A DNA stretch of 64,000 bases, taken from assembly GCA_964016885.1 (NCBI GenBank), contig OZ024743.1, positions 106,392,001-106,456,000 of the forward strand, written 5' to 3'. The notes under the pieces are model-generated. The model had not been told where the DNA came from, did no database searches, and worked only from the letters and a program-made list of their open reading frames with translations. The DNA comes from Eledone cirrhosa (lineage: Eukaryota). Made by a program: the position numbers and the translations under genes. Position 1 is the first letter of the stretch, and each line of letters begins with the position of its first letter. Below are positions 1 to 15,025 of this stretch, piece after piece.

Positions 1-410
1 TATATTCCTTAAACATATTCTGATACTTAGTGCAGAATGTTCTACCTCATACTCGATATAGCATTACTTATTAAAAATTACAAATCTCACTTGAAAGCAT
101 TTCCATATCCTATACTGCTATAACATCTGTTTAGAATGAAATGTTTTCGGGATCGAAATGAGACTTAGGTTCTCAATTACCTCTGTATAAAGAGGGGCCG
201 ATCGTTGAGGAAATAACATCTTACGTCCGGCCGGCCCTTTTATTTGGAGAAAAGTAAATCTTTTAAAATTTAAATGTTCATATAATATTTCATTGTTTTA
301 TAAGTTTAGCCTCTGAAGAGCTTAGGCTGATAGTCCTCGGGGAAATTTAGGATTTCAATAAACCAAAACCAAATTAATATCGCCTCAGATTTTTATCAAC
401 ACACACACAC

Positions 411-486
<76 letters not shown>

Positions 487-2092
487 GAAATGAACGAACA
501 AAACGCAGGAAGCAATTATACACAGTTATATTAGCTTCACGCTTGGTGGAAGTGGAGGAGGTCTCAACTTTTCGGAATTAAGTCCTTCATCAGGAAAGTT
601 TGGATAGAGGAAAAACAGGAACACCGAGAGGGAGGAAGGAGTGGTGTAAGGAGGGATGTTACAAAGTAAATAATACAATATGAAGGAAAAAAAAAAATGA
701 ATGTAAAAAATGAAAATAAAAGGGGTGGTGGTGGAATAACAAAGGTGTTGTAGTGAGAGCGTGGGTGTAGGTGGAGAATGGGGAGAGTATGTATGGGGGA
801 CACAATATTAAGAGTCTAGGTGAAGGATGGCGGAAGGTAAGGTGTATGTGTATGTGTAGATGTGAGTGTATGTGTGTGTGGATGTAATTATGTGTGTCTG
901 AAAGGAAGCGAGTGTATGTGAACGTTTGTTCTGAAAAGTCATTGTGAGTCTGTGGGAGTGGTGTATATATCTGTGCGTGTATATGTTTCTGTATGCGTGT
1001 TGGTGTGTATGTGTGTGTGTGTGGATGGAAGGCTCCGTATAGAATGAGAACGTATTGAATCCAGAGGCGGTGAAGGGTGAAGTGTGAGTATGTGTAGATG
1101 TGCGTGTATGTGTGTGTGGATGTAAGTATGTGTAATTGAAAATAACTGAATGTGTGCGGGAGCGTAAGTTAGATAGCGAGTACAGACTCGTCCGTGATAT
1201 GTATATGGGTTTTGTAGGCTAGTGTAAGGTGCATAGTTTCGAGAGAGAGAGAGACTGCGTGTTGGAGTTTATATACACAATCTGAATTTGTTGACATAAT
1301 AAATAACGTAGTTATATTAAATGTATTAATATATAACGACCTTTAGTGATAATACACTACAGCTCATGGATCATATAAACAGCAACGTGTACTGAGCAAT
1401 AGTCAGACGCCTAAAACCGCTGCAACAACCATGATTAAATTATTCTATTCTTTCAAGGCCACCAAAAACATAAAGATAATTATAGAGATATGCGGCGTTG
1501 TTTTCATCCAGATGATTTCTGATGAATCTATTTTCAGATGTTCCTATTACGGTAAATCGTTTATGCATGAATTACGCGAGAAAAAAAAAACTGACTGACC
1601 ATATGTGTTCATGCAAACTTGAAATACCAATTTATTTAATAGTGTGATGTATTTTCTTCCTGCAAGTTTCATTTTTTTTTTTTTTTTTCATTCCTCCATA
1701 AAAATTCTGTTAATATAACATTTTTATGCTCGAAAAATGTATGCATGCATACATCCTATAGTAAATAGAGAATTACTCAATCGAAAGGTAATCAAAATAT
1801 ATCTATTTTTGTAAATAAGAAATGCAATGCTTACTAGTAATCTATACGCCACAAGAAGGCCTTTAATTTTGTCATAATCCTATTGAGCAATCTCCTCTTT
1901 ATCAAAGGATATATGCTGGCAAAACTCTTTCCAGCATAAACATTTAATATTAATTGAATTTTTGAGGTGAAATGAATAAAAAAAGAAACTAGCAGAAATG
2001 AAATGCACGAGAATATAAGAACAAATTTGTATTTTAAGTTTACATGGAAACATAAGGTTAGTCATTTCACGAGTAATTTATTCATAAATGAA

Positions 2093-2130
<38 letters not shown>

Positions 2131-2135
<5 letters not shown>

Positions 2136-2520
2136 AAAGGAATTCCAACTTTGTCTGATTTACTCGTTTTATTTACAATCCTTTAAAATTATAATGGTAT
2201 TAGAATGAAATAAGTATGGTAGAATATTAAATGTTAAGTGTTAATTGAACAAGTACTTTCATGCTTTCGCAATCTTTAGGTTCAAGTTTGCAATTTTTAA
2301 CTGTTGAAAATTGCAAACTTGACTGTCACCACAGAATATGAACCTAAAGATTGCGAAAGCATGAAAGTACTTGTTCAATTAACACTTAACATTTAATATT
2401 CTACCATACTTATTTCATTCTAATACCATTATAATTTTAAAGGATTGTAAATAAAACGAGTAAATCAGACAAAGTTGGAATTCCTTTTATTAATATAATC
2501 TTCTATACACAATATATTTA
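2131..2520. mobile_element. Fold-back PLE-terminus insertion (arms 2131-2284 and 2339-2492, ~28 nt extension)
   Basis: Perfect inverted arms in (TA)n. Hammerhead-like motif at the start of each arm. Confidence 0.8.
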
Positions 2521-2653
2521 TATATATATAATATATATATACTGACATCGGGATGATGTACATGCAATACCGATACGTGCTCTATAATTCGACTAACTCA
2601 TATGGGAATTCTGTCCCTTTATCCATGAGCTTAATTTCCATTAGTGCTAAATT

Positions 2654-2690
<37 letters not shown>

Positions 2691-2874
2691 TTATTAAAAC
2701 AAACATATATATATTTCTTAAAATATATATATATTTATTAAAATGTATTAAAATATATATTTATCCTTATCAAGCCCTCTTCGGATTTTAGTCTTCACAT
2801 TTATTATTATTACTATATATAAATACAAATATATATATATATATACATAAATAAATATATATATATATACATAA

Positions 2875-2955
<81 letters not shown>

Positions 2956-3949
2956 CGTGTGTGTGTGTGTGTGTGTTGGTGTGGTTGTGGGGATGTTTTT
3001 TTACTTTTTCTTTTAACTCTCTCTGAAATTGATTCAACTTGAATGATTTTGAGCAACACCCTCTTAAATATATTAGCCTAAAGTAGACAACGTAGTCTCT
3101 CATAGGCAAAGACGAAACGGATGGTCACAGTAGGAACGCGTTTTAACACTCGTCTCTTTAATCAGTTACACAAAATCTACCACAATAAAGAGACCTAAAA
3201 AATTGAAGTGATGAGCGTGAGGTATTTTGTGTTGCACATATAAGTCCGGACGTGTGCGTGCTTGTCAGAGATACAGAGAGACGGAGTGTGACAGAATAGA
3301 AAGAGTTTGTAAGAAGAGAGAGAATGGATGTGTGCGTGTTTCGGGAGTCTGATGAATGTGAGAGACAAGTGAATGAAAGGAGGGGTGATAGGTGGTGTGA
3401 GAATGAAAGCCTCTATGTATTGTGTCAAAGAGCGAAAAATTGAGAGAGGAATAAGAGAGTGATTGAAACGTTCACACACAACATGACAACATCATCTATA
3501 GTAAGTTTCCTCTATATCGAATAGATTCCCATTTAATCATACAAGGTTAAATTGATTTCACCTATTTGCGCATATATCGCTGTATTTTTGTTTTTCGTTA
3601 GAAGTATCTATATATTTCTCTCTGTTTTGTATTTAGAATTGGTAGCAAATTGCATTGTTAGACAGGGGAATCTAGAATACTATCATTGCAACAGAACGCC
3701 CGATGTAGCAATCTCATATAATAAATTCAATAGACGGCAATAGTGTATACATTTAATGGCATTCGACCTTTCAATTAATAGAGTGATTCATATGGTTATA
3801 AATGGCAATATTTAGGCTAACATGATTTCAAAAACATGAAACCTGAACCGAAAAAAGTAATATTATAATTGTCTCATGTTAGCTTAATTTTCCATTAGTT
3901 TATAAATATAATAAACAAATATTTCTCTCTCCATATACGAACACACACA

Positions 3950-4310
<361 letters not shown>

Positions 4311-5033
4311 ACGTACAGTAGTATGTATATATATACATACATGCACACATGTATATATATATATATATATGTACGTATGGATTTACCGAGCATTAGTTAT
4401 AATGCTCGGTTTGTTTGTAAACAAACATCCCGAATTAAGCCGTACAGTGTTTAGCAACCATCGTTGCCCTTTTGTTCAACACTGACAAAGGAATGGTCTA
4501 CTAGTTTCAAGCTTATTAGCTATCGTCAGCAGCGTATATGTTCCTGCTAGATGATTGAACGTCTGAAAGTATATACTTTCCTTATGTATATTAACCGCTA
4601 AACAGCCTAATTTGCATATCGAGTGAGTTAATCAGCCGGGCGCACCGAAAACGATAAATGGAAAAAAATGAAACGAAATTTAATTTCTCACTCTTTGTAC
4701 TGCTGTTACTTAAATATAAGTATGTATACGTACATACATATACATATACAGACGTACAGTAGTATGTATATATATATAGATACATGCACATATATATATA
4801 TATATATGTATGTATGGATTTACCGAGCATTTATTATAATGCTCGGTTTGTTTGTAAACAAACATCCAGAATTAAGCCGTACAGTGTTTAGCAACCATCG
4901 TTGCCCTTTTGTTCAACACTGACAAAGGAACGATGTACTAGTTTCAAGCTTATTAGCTACCGTCAGCAGCGTATACCTTCCTGCCAGATGATTGAACATC
5001 TGAAAGTATATACTTTCCTTATGCATATTAACG
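4311..5033 (+). repeat. ~285 bp direct duplication (4311-4595 and 4753-5033)
   Basis: Near-identical blocks gtatggatttaccgagcatt...cttatgtatattaac. Confidence 0.85.
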
Positions 5034-5039
5034 GCTGAG

Positions 5040-5575
5040 CACCACATTTACAGCGTGGACTGTGTGTTTTTTGTCGTGACACCTACACGATCTCATTTGT
5101 TTCGGCCTGGATGTTGTGGGACCAACATAACTTTACATTGAAAGGGGCGGTGTGGAGGGACGGGGGTGTGTTTTGATAGAGGTGCCTACTGACTGTAGTA
5201 GGTTTTTACTTTGTATTTAGGTAAGGCGGGTCTTCTCTATTACTGAGTACCGCCAAAGGTCTCGGTCCAGTGACATTGTCTTGGAGAGGTGTAAGCGTGT
5301 GAGGTCGGAATTTATCAGCTCGTCCCATGTTTTTCTGGGTCTGCCTACTCCGTGGCTACCGTCTATCTTTATTGCCCTGCACTTTGTTATACAGCTGTCG
5401 TCTTTCATGCGCATCACGTGACCGTACCAACGTAGCCTTCTCTAGAGTAAACAACATCTGATCCCTCTTATTTCTAATTTTTTCCTTAGTTCGTTTATGC
5501 TTTGCCGTTCACGTATATTACTATTGCACATCCAGCGGAGCATGCAAGCTTCGTTCCTCTCTAGTCTGCGTACTA
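5040..5575 (-). mobile_element. RTE-clade LINE 3' fragment
   Basis: RRLERNEACMLRWMC...RLRWYGHVMRM...GRPRKTW is a typical RTE C-terminus. Confidence 0.85.
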
Positions 5576-5721
5576 GCTGCCAAAACAGCCGGAACTCAGC
5601 CGTCGCGTTCATGACTCTGTTCATATTATCCGCTCTACTACCCCAAGTATGGAGGACTCTGGGGCGTTATGGCCCACCTGGTATCTTACCTCACCCTATT
5701 TATATATATATATATATATAT

Positions 5722-5774
<53 letters not shown>

Positions 5775-6694
5775 ATAGAAAGAGAGAGAGAGAAGGAGAG
5801 AAAGACAGGCAGATAGAAATAGATAGATAGATGTATAGGTAGATAGATTGTCGTTTGTGTTTTAGTGTATGTCCTCGAGTGTGTGAATGTGTGTCATCGT
5901 TAGAAAATATATTTGCATTATGAAACACCACATTAATCCAGATGAACTGTTATATTTTAATTAATCGGTTAAATTCTATACTTGGACATCATTGAACGTG
6001 TACAGCGTTGACCTTAACGGTGAATCCCTGAAATATATTACATCCCAGTCTCGCTGATCATGTGACACTCTACTCGAGTGCCTAGCATTTACACAAGAGA
6101 TATAGATTGCAGGGCAAATATCAAACATTACACATATTACTTGGACATATTCGATTCTTAGCTTTATATATGGTGAGTTCGCTATAATCTTTTATTGGTT
6201 TAGTGTAGGTTCCCTTCCAAGAACAATCCCTATCTATTTCAGGAAAACATTTCAGTTTAGCTTGTCACAATGTGTAAACTATTCGGTTGTACATTTTGCT
6301 AATGATGAGGGAATTCTATTGTGAATAGTCGAACACAACAAGTAATTTTAGCAACAACATTTCCACCAAATAAACATTCGCATTTATCAAAGATGGTGCA
6401 AAAACAATTTTCTAATGAATTTCAGGTTTCTTTTGAGACCAGAATATAAGTCGTTGTAAGGAATCTGTAAAAATGTTGCCGAATATGGTATAGCGTTATT
6501 AATTCTGCAGAGCTGGCAAGTAAGTTAGTCATTTTGTTTATTATTATAGTCATTATGAACAATATAGTTACATAGATGTATGATATTTGTACATGTAAAA
6601 TCATGTCAATACCCACTTATTCTGAAATGTACAGGGTCGTATTAATATATATATATATATTAATATATATATATATTAATATTAATATATATAT

Positions 6695-6787
<93 letters not shown>

Positions 6788-6960
6788 AGATAGTGTGTGT
6801 GTATGTATACATCTGTGTGTGTGTGCGGGCGTGTCTGCGTGTATATATATATATATATAGTAATGTATAACATACTCAACTGACACTAAATTCCCCCTTT
6901 CGCAAAAGTAATGTTCAATATTCAGTGTTCAGTTTTCACATTATATTTTTGATTCTATAT

Positions 6961-7200
6961 TAGGGTGGCCCTTATTTTTCAACTTTCTAAAAGATTAACT
7001 CCCTATCTTATTTCAATTAACAAAACGCCGATCTATGCCAAACTTTATCTTAAGCGAACAACTGCAAGGGGGCCCTCACCAAAATTTGAACTTGCAAAGC
7101 TGAGGATAGAGCGCATGTATAGGGCAAACTCCTATTTTTCGCTGTGGGAGCAGCAAAATTTTGACTTTCGGAAAATTACCTATTGCTAAGGCCCACTCTA
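6961..7200. mobile_element. Putative MITE
   Basis: Imperfect 14 bp TIRs tagggtggccctta / taaggcccactcta, TA at both ends, no coding capacity. Confidence 0.45.
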
Positions 7201-7257
7201 ATATACATATATCCGTATGTGATTGACAGCCGAGAGAAATGAGCATCCAGTATTGAG

Positions 7258-7351
<94 letters not shown>

Positions 7352-7356
<5 letters not shown>

Positions 7357-9955
7357 GGAGGTGAGTTTTATTGTAGCACAATAAAGCAACGCAAATATCG
7401 GATAAGTAGCACTCTACAGTATATAGGACTGGAGTATAAATAATATAAGATCAAAAAGATGGTTAAAAGAGTTCCAAGTATTCTATTATGCGCATTTCAA
7501 AAACAAATATCATCATAGGATGGTATCTGCGTTCTCATCAGATAAAATAGTGAGAGAGATATGAAGCTTAAAAAACACTTGCGATCAGTGAAGTTTTAAA
7601 TCAACATATGAAAAATAAAAGTAAGATATGAGATTGGGAAAAAATGAGAGGGGGGGTAGGAAAAGGTTAGGAAGAGGAAGAAAGAAAATAAAGCATGGTG
7701 TGGGAGGAGTAGAAGAAGGAAGGAGGAGAAATGAGTGGTAGAGAGAGAGAAATAGCCTTTACAAACGAGAAAAACATTGTCTCACAGAGACAAATTAAAA
7801 AAACCGTTGGGAGATAATAGATAATTTTAAAAGATTTTGAAATTGAAAGTTAATGAGGTTTATGGATGTTGATGTTTATGATTGAAGAAAAAGGAAGTAG
7901 GAATAGTATTAATGTAGGTTTATATATTGAAGTGTTTAATAATATGTGCGAAAAGAAAAAAAGAATTAATTTGTATTATTAAAATAAAAATATTAATGAT
8001 ATTAAGGATATAATGTGAAAGAAGGAGAAGAATAAATTAGGAACTTAGAGGAATTAGTTAGGGTTTAATTTTGTTTTTATGCATTGTAATATGTAAAAGT
8101 AAATAATAGGTTTAAAACGAGCATGGAAGGAGAGAAGTAAAGAGAGAATTTAAGGAAGAAAAAATATCTAACGTCAAAAAGTATATATGTTTACAAAAAG
8201 TTACTAATGGTAATATTATATATTAAAACATATATAGTTTCTATGGCCAATAATATGAGGAAAAATGGAAAATTGGAGAATGCTGTACTGAGTAATAATA
8301 TGAATTGAGAAGTAATTGGGAAGTAAAAGTTAAAGATTAAAGATTAGAAATTAAAAAAGAAAAAAAGGAAGAAGGAAAAAGGATAAAAAGAAGAAAGATA
8401 GGGGATGACAACGACATAGAGTGAGTAAATGTTATAATATAATATACTGAAATAAGGTAGAAAGATGGGTATATTCGTAAAAGATATAAAAGCCTTTGAG
8501 AAAAGAATATTTTAAACTAATTAGGTATTGAGATACTTTATGGAATGTCGATGGGATTTATGCAAGCAGAGCGAAAATAAATCCGTACGTCTATTTATTA
8601 TAGAAATAAAATTAGATATAATGGTAAACTTCTCGGCTAGGCAGAGATTACATGTTCTGGATAGGGAAGAATTCAGGTAAGGAAAGGCGTTGCAAACCAT
8701 CCTTCAAGAGATGTTATAGTAAATATGTTTGTCTTTTAAGGACCATATGAGTTCTGAGATTGCCGTGTTAGTTCTTTTAAGTTGGTATTTAAAAGCTGAT
8801 TTGTGATTATAAAATCTTGCTTTAAAGTAAGTGGAAGTGGAACCGAAATAGGTAAAAGAATTAGTACCAGTTATAACCTTACATTCATACACTATGTTTT
8901 TATCAAGACATTGGTTATTAAGACGACATTTAGTTCCAACAGGGCAATTACAATTACGATTAGAGAAATTAACAGAGTTATTAACAAGTGACCTAGTATT
9001 ATTAATAGAAGGAATTGGATTGGAGAAGTTATTTACGATAGGAACTATAGTTTACTGATTTAGATTGGTATTATGAACATTCAACGAAGTTACCTTTGAC
9101 GTCGTATTTAAATTTATTGAATCTAACCTAGAGTTAACATTGACGTCGGGATTACTACTGCTATTATTATGACGCTCAGTGTTGGATGGATGTAATTTAT
9201 TACTTAATATTTTATTATTGTGTTTAGAGATAATGGTAGAGATGTTGGAAGTGGGGGAATAAGAGAATTTGATTGTATGTTTGTTAAATATTTTACTATA
9301 GATATGCGAGGGAGGGAAGCATTTATCTAAGGTCCTAAAGAATAGTTTAGGAATATTATTAGTGATAGACAGAGAAAAAGGAGTATTATACCAAATCATA
9401 TTTTTGTATCTAGATCTTTTATTTAAGTTGTTGGAATGTTCATAATTAACTATTTTACTATAAGTCCTTTGATGATTGGTTTCTTTACTGTATTTAATTT
9501 TATCAGGATAGCCGGCTTTGGAAAGTGCATTATTATAGTAATTGGCATTAGCGTCGAAGATACATTTATTAGAGGATAGATTTGAGATTCTTTTTTCAAT
9601 ATTACTGACTATAGCATTTTTAACGTTAGTGGGGTGGTTAGATTTAAAATTAGCATAATTTAGATTCTCATTGTTTTTATAGGCCACTGTCAAGATTAAG
9701 GGTTATATCAAAGAAGTTAGCTAGTTTCACGTTGTTATCAAATTCAATGTTATGGTCCTTAAATAGATCAAGTATATTGTTCTTAATAATATTAAGGTTA
9801 ACTAAGTTACAGTTTAAGACAGTAAAAAGGCCATCGTCACGATAAATTCCACTGCAAAGTTGAGGAATTTTCCGATTTAAAGAATTCAAAATAAAGATAC
9901 CAATCAAATCCGTCAATTGCGATGAATCTGAAGCACCCATTGTGGTATCAAATAT
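7352..9955 (-). mobile_element. Decayed 5'-truncated PLE (YRDDG-type RT, C-terminal GIY-YIG) with long AT-rich 3' UTR
   Basis: Fragments MGASDSSQ..GIYRDDG..FFDITLNL, SNHP..IEKRIS, IWYNTPFS, KFSYS, CNCP..C, YECKV..YFGST..RFYNHKSAF, C..CLAEK, broken by stops and frameshifts. Terminus homologous to 11777-12020. Confidence 0.88.
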
Positions 9956-10453
9956 ACATATATATATATATATATAATAAAGTTAATATATCTGAGTTAA
10001 TATATATATATCAAAGTTAATATATTATTCATTATACTCCGTTATGTAGAGAACAAATCTGTCGTTCTATCTAGCTGCTATTTTTTTAGTGGCGACTATA
10101 GACAACAAGTATACGATTTCCCGCCTTCACTTCACCCCAGCGTACATACGGGTCACTTTTACGACCTTTCAGACCTGTGTCAGTTGGAGACGAGGTCATA
10201 TATTTGATCGTTCCTGAGGTTTTTAACCCTAGGAAAGGAAAATGCTTCTCTGATGATCTTCGTTTTTCCATTAATATCCATGTGATATCTAATGTTTTGC
10301 AAAGTGAAACTGTACAGTAAGGGCCATTTGAATAGGTAAATATTTATATTATATTTTTTTATTTTGATTAATTTTAATTGTAAATTAATTTTCATTTATT
10401 TTGAAAAATTGGTTGAATTTTACTTGTTCTGCTTATCTTGATATATATATATG

Positions 10454-10485
<32 letters not shown>

Positions 10486-10486
<1 letters not shown>

Positions 10487-10711
10487 GATGTATTTCCGTA
10501 GGAGAGGTAAAGGAAAAGAGAGTGCTCTATGTAGGCTACGGAGCTTTTTAGTTATGTAATAAACAACATAAGATAATTAATTCATTTACCCGTGATTTCT
10601 TGAAGAGCTTAATACTTATGTCCGAATGAAGACTGACAAAACTGTCAAGCTCTTCAAGAAACCACTGGTAAATGAATTAATTATCTGATGTTGGTTATTA
10701 CATAACTATAT
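10486..10711. repeat. Fold-back element with left extension
   Basis: Imperfect inverted arms ~10549-10610 and 10647-10710 next to (TA)n/(CA)n. Confidence 0.65.
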
Positions 10712-10736
10712 ACACACACACACACACACATACACA

Positions 10737-10842
<106 letters not shown>

Positions 10843-11162
10843 TAGTACGCAGGTATTGCAATCTTAATTAGTTACCAACATGAGCGATAACTAAATGAAA
10901 ATTAGTATAATAATAATTAGAATGATAATAAGTGAGTATATATACCCAGTAAATGGATCTCTAGATGATATACACATCTTCCGATGAAGTTCCTATAAGA
11001 TCCAAAAATCGATTAAATAGGTTTATCATTTGTACATGCCTACATAATATATGCGTATATGAATATACTCGTTGGTGCGGCCTAGGTTACACATAACCAT
11101 ATTTATGCATATATGTGTGTGAGAGTGTGTGTGTTTGTATACTTTCACACACATATATATTA

Positions 11163-11206
<44 letters not shown>

Positions 11207-11638
11207 CATGTGTGTGAAAGTATATGTGTGAGTGTACATGCAAGCCAACCTACATAAGTCTTTTTCTTTGTACATTTTCTACTCTAACCATAAGTTTCAG
11301 TAGCATCACTCCACATACATTCCTCAATTTAAGAATGACCTGTAGTATCTATTTCATACTATTAACCTTAATTGAATATATATCTGAAAAGGAATGCTTT
11401 TTTGAGAAAATCAGTCATATGGAACTATTGTCATCTTGCCTGTCGGTTTGAACCTTACAACACCATCTGCCTCTTTGAGGTCAAATACCAACCCTACTAG
11501 CATCTACAAACTGACCAATGAGAATCAAGACTATTCCTGCTGACAACATTAAATTATTCCTAACAAGCTCATATGTCCTAAGTCTCTGATACCATCAACA
11601 CTATAAACACAGAGCTGGCATATCTAAGGACTGACTAA

Positions 11639-11693
11639 CTGCCTGATGAGGTCATAGGCCATTCAATGGCTATCATCGAAATATATATAGCAG
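11639..11693 (+). ncRNA. Minimal type I hammerhead ribozyme motif
   Basis: ctgc-CTGATGA-stem II (atag..gccatt/aatggc..tat)-GAAA-TATATA-TA-gcag. Confidence 0.8.
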
Positions 11694-11735
11694 CAAATAA
11701 AGGATTATGAGTTGATGCAATTGACTTATGTTTCT

Positions 11736-11776
<41 letters not shown>

Positions 11777-11779
<3 letters not shown>

Positions 11780-12176
11780 GGAGGTGAGTTTTATTGTAGT
11801 ACAATAAAGCAATGCAGATATCGGATAAGAAGCACTCTACAGTTTGTAGGACTGGAGTATACATAATATATAAGATCAAAAGATAGTTAAAGGAGTTCCA
11901 TGTATTTTATTATGCGCATTTCAAAAACAAACATCATCATGCAATAATATTTGTGTTTTCATCAGATAAAACAGGAGAACATGATATGAAGGCTAGAAAA
12001 CACTTGTGGAGAGTGCAGTTGATTTAAAACTGCACTATCCACAAGTGTTTTTTAGCCTTCATATCATGTTCTCCTGTTTTATCTGATGAAAATACAAATA
12101 TTATTGCATGATGATGTTTGTTTTTGAAATGCGCATAATAAAATACATGGAACTCCTTTAACCATCTTTTGATCTC

Positions 12177-12183
<7 letters not shown>
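11777..12183. mobile_element. Fold-back terminus of the 7352-9955 PLE family
   Basis: Arms ~11866-12020 and 12028-12183, ~90 nt left extension, hammerhead motif in each arm. Confidence 0.85.
12076..12144 (+). ncRNA. Minimal hammerhead motif (mirror copy ~11903-11972 minus, homologue 7481-7550 minus)
   Basis: gttttat-CTGATGA-long stem II-GAAA-TGCGCA-TA-ataaaat. Confidence 0.82.
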
Positions 12184-12209
<26 letters not shown>

Positions 12210-12210
<1 letters not shown>

Positions 12211-12399
12211 GGAACAAGTAAGACCCCGACGGCTGAGCTGAAGCCGTTTCGACGGCTAATTCTGACAGAATTAGCCGTCGAAACGGCTTGAGCTCAGCCG
12301 TCGGGGTCTTACTTGTTCCTATTACCCACTCTACTACCCTAAGTATTGAGAACTTTGGTGCGTTATGGTCCACCTGGTTCCTTACCACATTTTCTTCGT

Positions 12400-12400
<1 letters not shown>
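12210..12400. mobile_element. Fold-back element, 'GGAAC' family
   Basis: Arms ~12210-12265 and 12267-12321 plus ~80 nt extension. Family also at 31146-31326, 55941-57360, 59729-59897 and 5583-5700. Confidence 0.8.
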
Positions 12401-12725
<325 letters not shown>

Positions 12726-13310
12726 TGATGCCTTAGCCTCATGACAATATCCTGCTATTCTTGGATTGTTAGTGTGAAATTTTCGTTTCAGCGTTGCTTA
12801 CACATGAGAAGCTTATCTGCTTTCTTGCTTTCCTCGTTTAAAACATATATAAAGGCATTGTAATAAACCTTCCGTCTTATTTGCTGTTTGTGATATATAT
12901 ATTTCTGTTCAAAAATATATACACAATATAAATCTAAATGAATAAAACATTTTAAATTTCAACTATTTTAATAATTCTATAAACATTAATGAAAATGATG
13001 GGAAAATACATTTTTTAGACTCTTCACTAATGTCAATAATGTTTTAAGCCTTTATGAGATAGATTTGTGGACGAAATAAAATCGGCAATTTGAAGAGTTT
13101 CTAATCTTTTTATTGCTTCAATAATAATTTAATATAATGAGTCCTTAAAATTAAACATCAAACGAAAATGTATCGTCATTGACATAAATTTGTCAATTAA
13201 ATGGTTTCTCCGAGAAACTGTTCCTCAAGGACTTGTGCGTATATGAAGTTAAACGAATATCTAAACACACATAATCACACTAACTCATACACACTCACAG
13301 ACAGACATGA

Positions 13311-13347
<37 letters not shown>

Positions 13348-13539
13348 TACACTGATATAATTTTCAGAGATGAAATTACATAATTGTATTTTTTACGCAT
13401 GCTTCAGATGTTTTGCCCCGTCCTTCCTGTGAGATATTCTGTATTGCTTAACTAAAATTATTGTATGACGTGTGACTCAAAGCATCATCCCCTTCACGGG
13501 GCAATTTACAAATGATTTTAGTGATAGCACGTAAAGCAG

Positions 13540-13641
<102 letters not shown>

Positions 13642-14137
13642 TATATATATATTAAACGTTTGGTAAGACAGGGATACAATAAAACATTTCTGATACATCG
13701 TTTTCATAGGTGCGTTGGCGCTAAAAGAGAGATTCTGTTAATATTTAAGGGTTATATTTAGTTTACGGACGTGAGGTATAGGACTTTGAAATTATCTTAG
13801 TTGGCTTTCAATTTAATTAATTTAATTAATTTAAATTTTAAATTTATTCATTTGCTTTGTGATTTAAGTATGTATTTTTACCTCGGCGTAGTAATGTTTT
13901 GTAAAAATAGTGGGTGTGAAATTTTATATTGAAACTGTAGAAATGTAATCTGTTTGCACTCTCTTTAATTTTGTTTAGAGGTAATAAACTTTGTTAGATT
14001 TTTAGAGGTAAAAACCTTTGTTAGTCTTTTAATTTGTCCGATATTTGACAAGAGCGCACAAGCTAGTGGTGTCTTTGTACTTAGTTTCAAACTTTCTCTG
14101 CATTCGCCTTTCTCTGCAGTTAACCCCCCCCCCCCTC

Positions 14138-14215
14138 ATTGCCCCGAAAAAGGCCAATGTCATTTCATCTGCCGGGAAGGTGGTGACCTCAGGTTTTAGG
14201 ATGCAAAAGGCAAGA
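14138..14215 (+). mobile_element. Mariner transposase fragment
   Basis: APKKANVISSAGKV resembles the mariner PKKAK..SAGKVM motif. Confidence 0.6.
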
Positions 14216-14358
14216 GAGTTTCTTTCAGGTGTTCATTGATCTGATTTGAGGTGTTCCATCCTAGTCGGTCAATGAATGATGTCTTGGATCTTGTTGATAG
14301 ATTAAAGGTAAAAGCGATGTCAATTTAGATATGAATGTACACACACATATATATGTAC

Positions 14359-14396
<38 letters not shown>

Positions 14397-14467
14397 TTAT
14401 TTATTTATACATACAGAAACACCCACATACCCATGCACACACGTACTCACACACACACACACACACG

Positions 14468-14540
<73 letters not shown>

Positions 14541-14844
14541 ACACACACACACTCAAATAATATATATTGAAATGTTCTGCTCTAGAGACATGAAACTGCC
14601 ATTTAAATCCACACACAAGACACTACGTACGTTTTACCAATCATCATTTTCATTTCAATTTATTCTTTCCCATCATAGAAGTATGTCAAAGTTATAAACC
14701 AATGTTAAGTCAATATTTATGTTGTATTATCATTGTTTACATTAAATATTCAAGTAGGTGTATTAGTTGAACGTGGTAGTAAGTATGTGCTGCATTTTGT
14801 TCTGTCCTATATCTAGCCGATGACTTATTCTGATCCCATTATTG

Positions 14845-15025
14845 GGTGGGGCATTGGTATATTCATTAGAATGGTAAACATTTGCTTAGCAGCATTTATT
14901 CTGGTTCTATATGTTCTGAGTTCAAATCGCACTGAGATCAACATAGCATTTCTTCCTGTACTGGGGTCGACGTAATCAATTCTCCTCCCCTTAAATTGCT
15001 GGATTTGCCCCTAAAGTAGAAATCG
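14845..15025 (+). mobile_element. Old diverged SINE copy
   Basis: gttctgagttcaaatc..ctggggtcga..cctaaagtagaaa. Confidence 0.65.
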
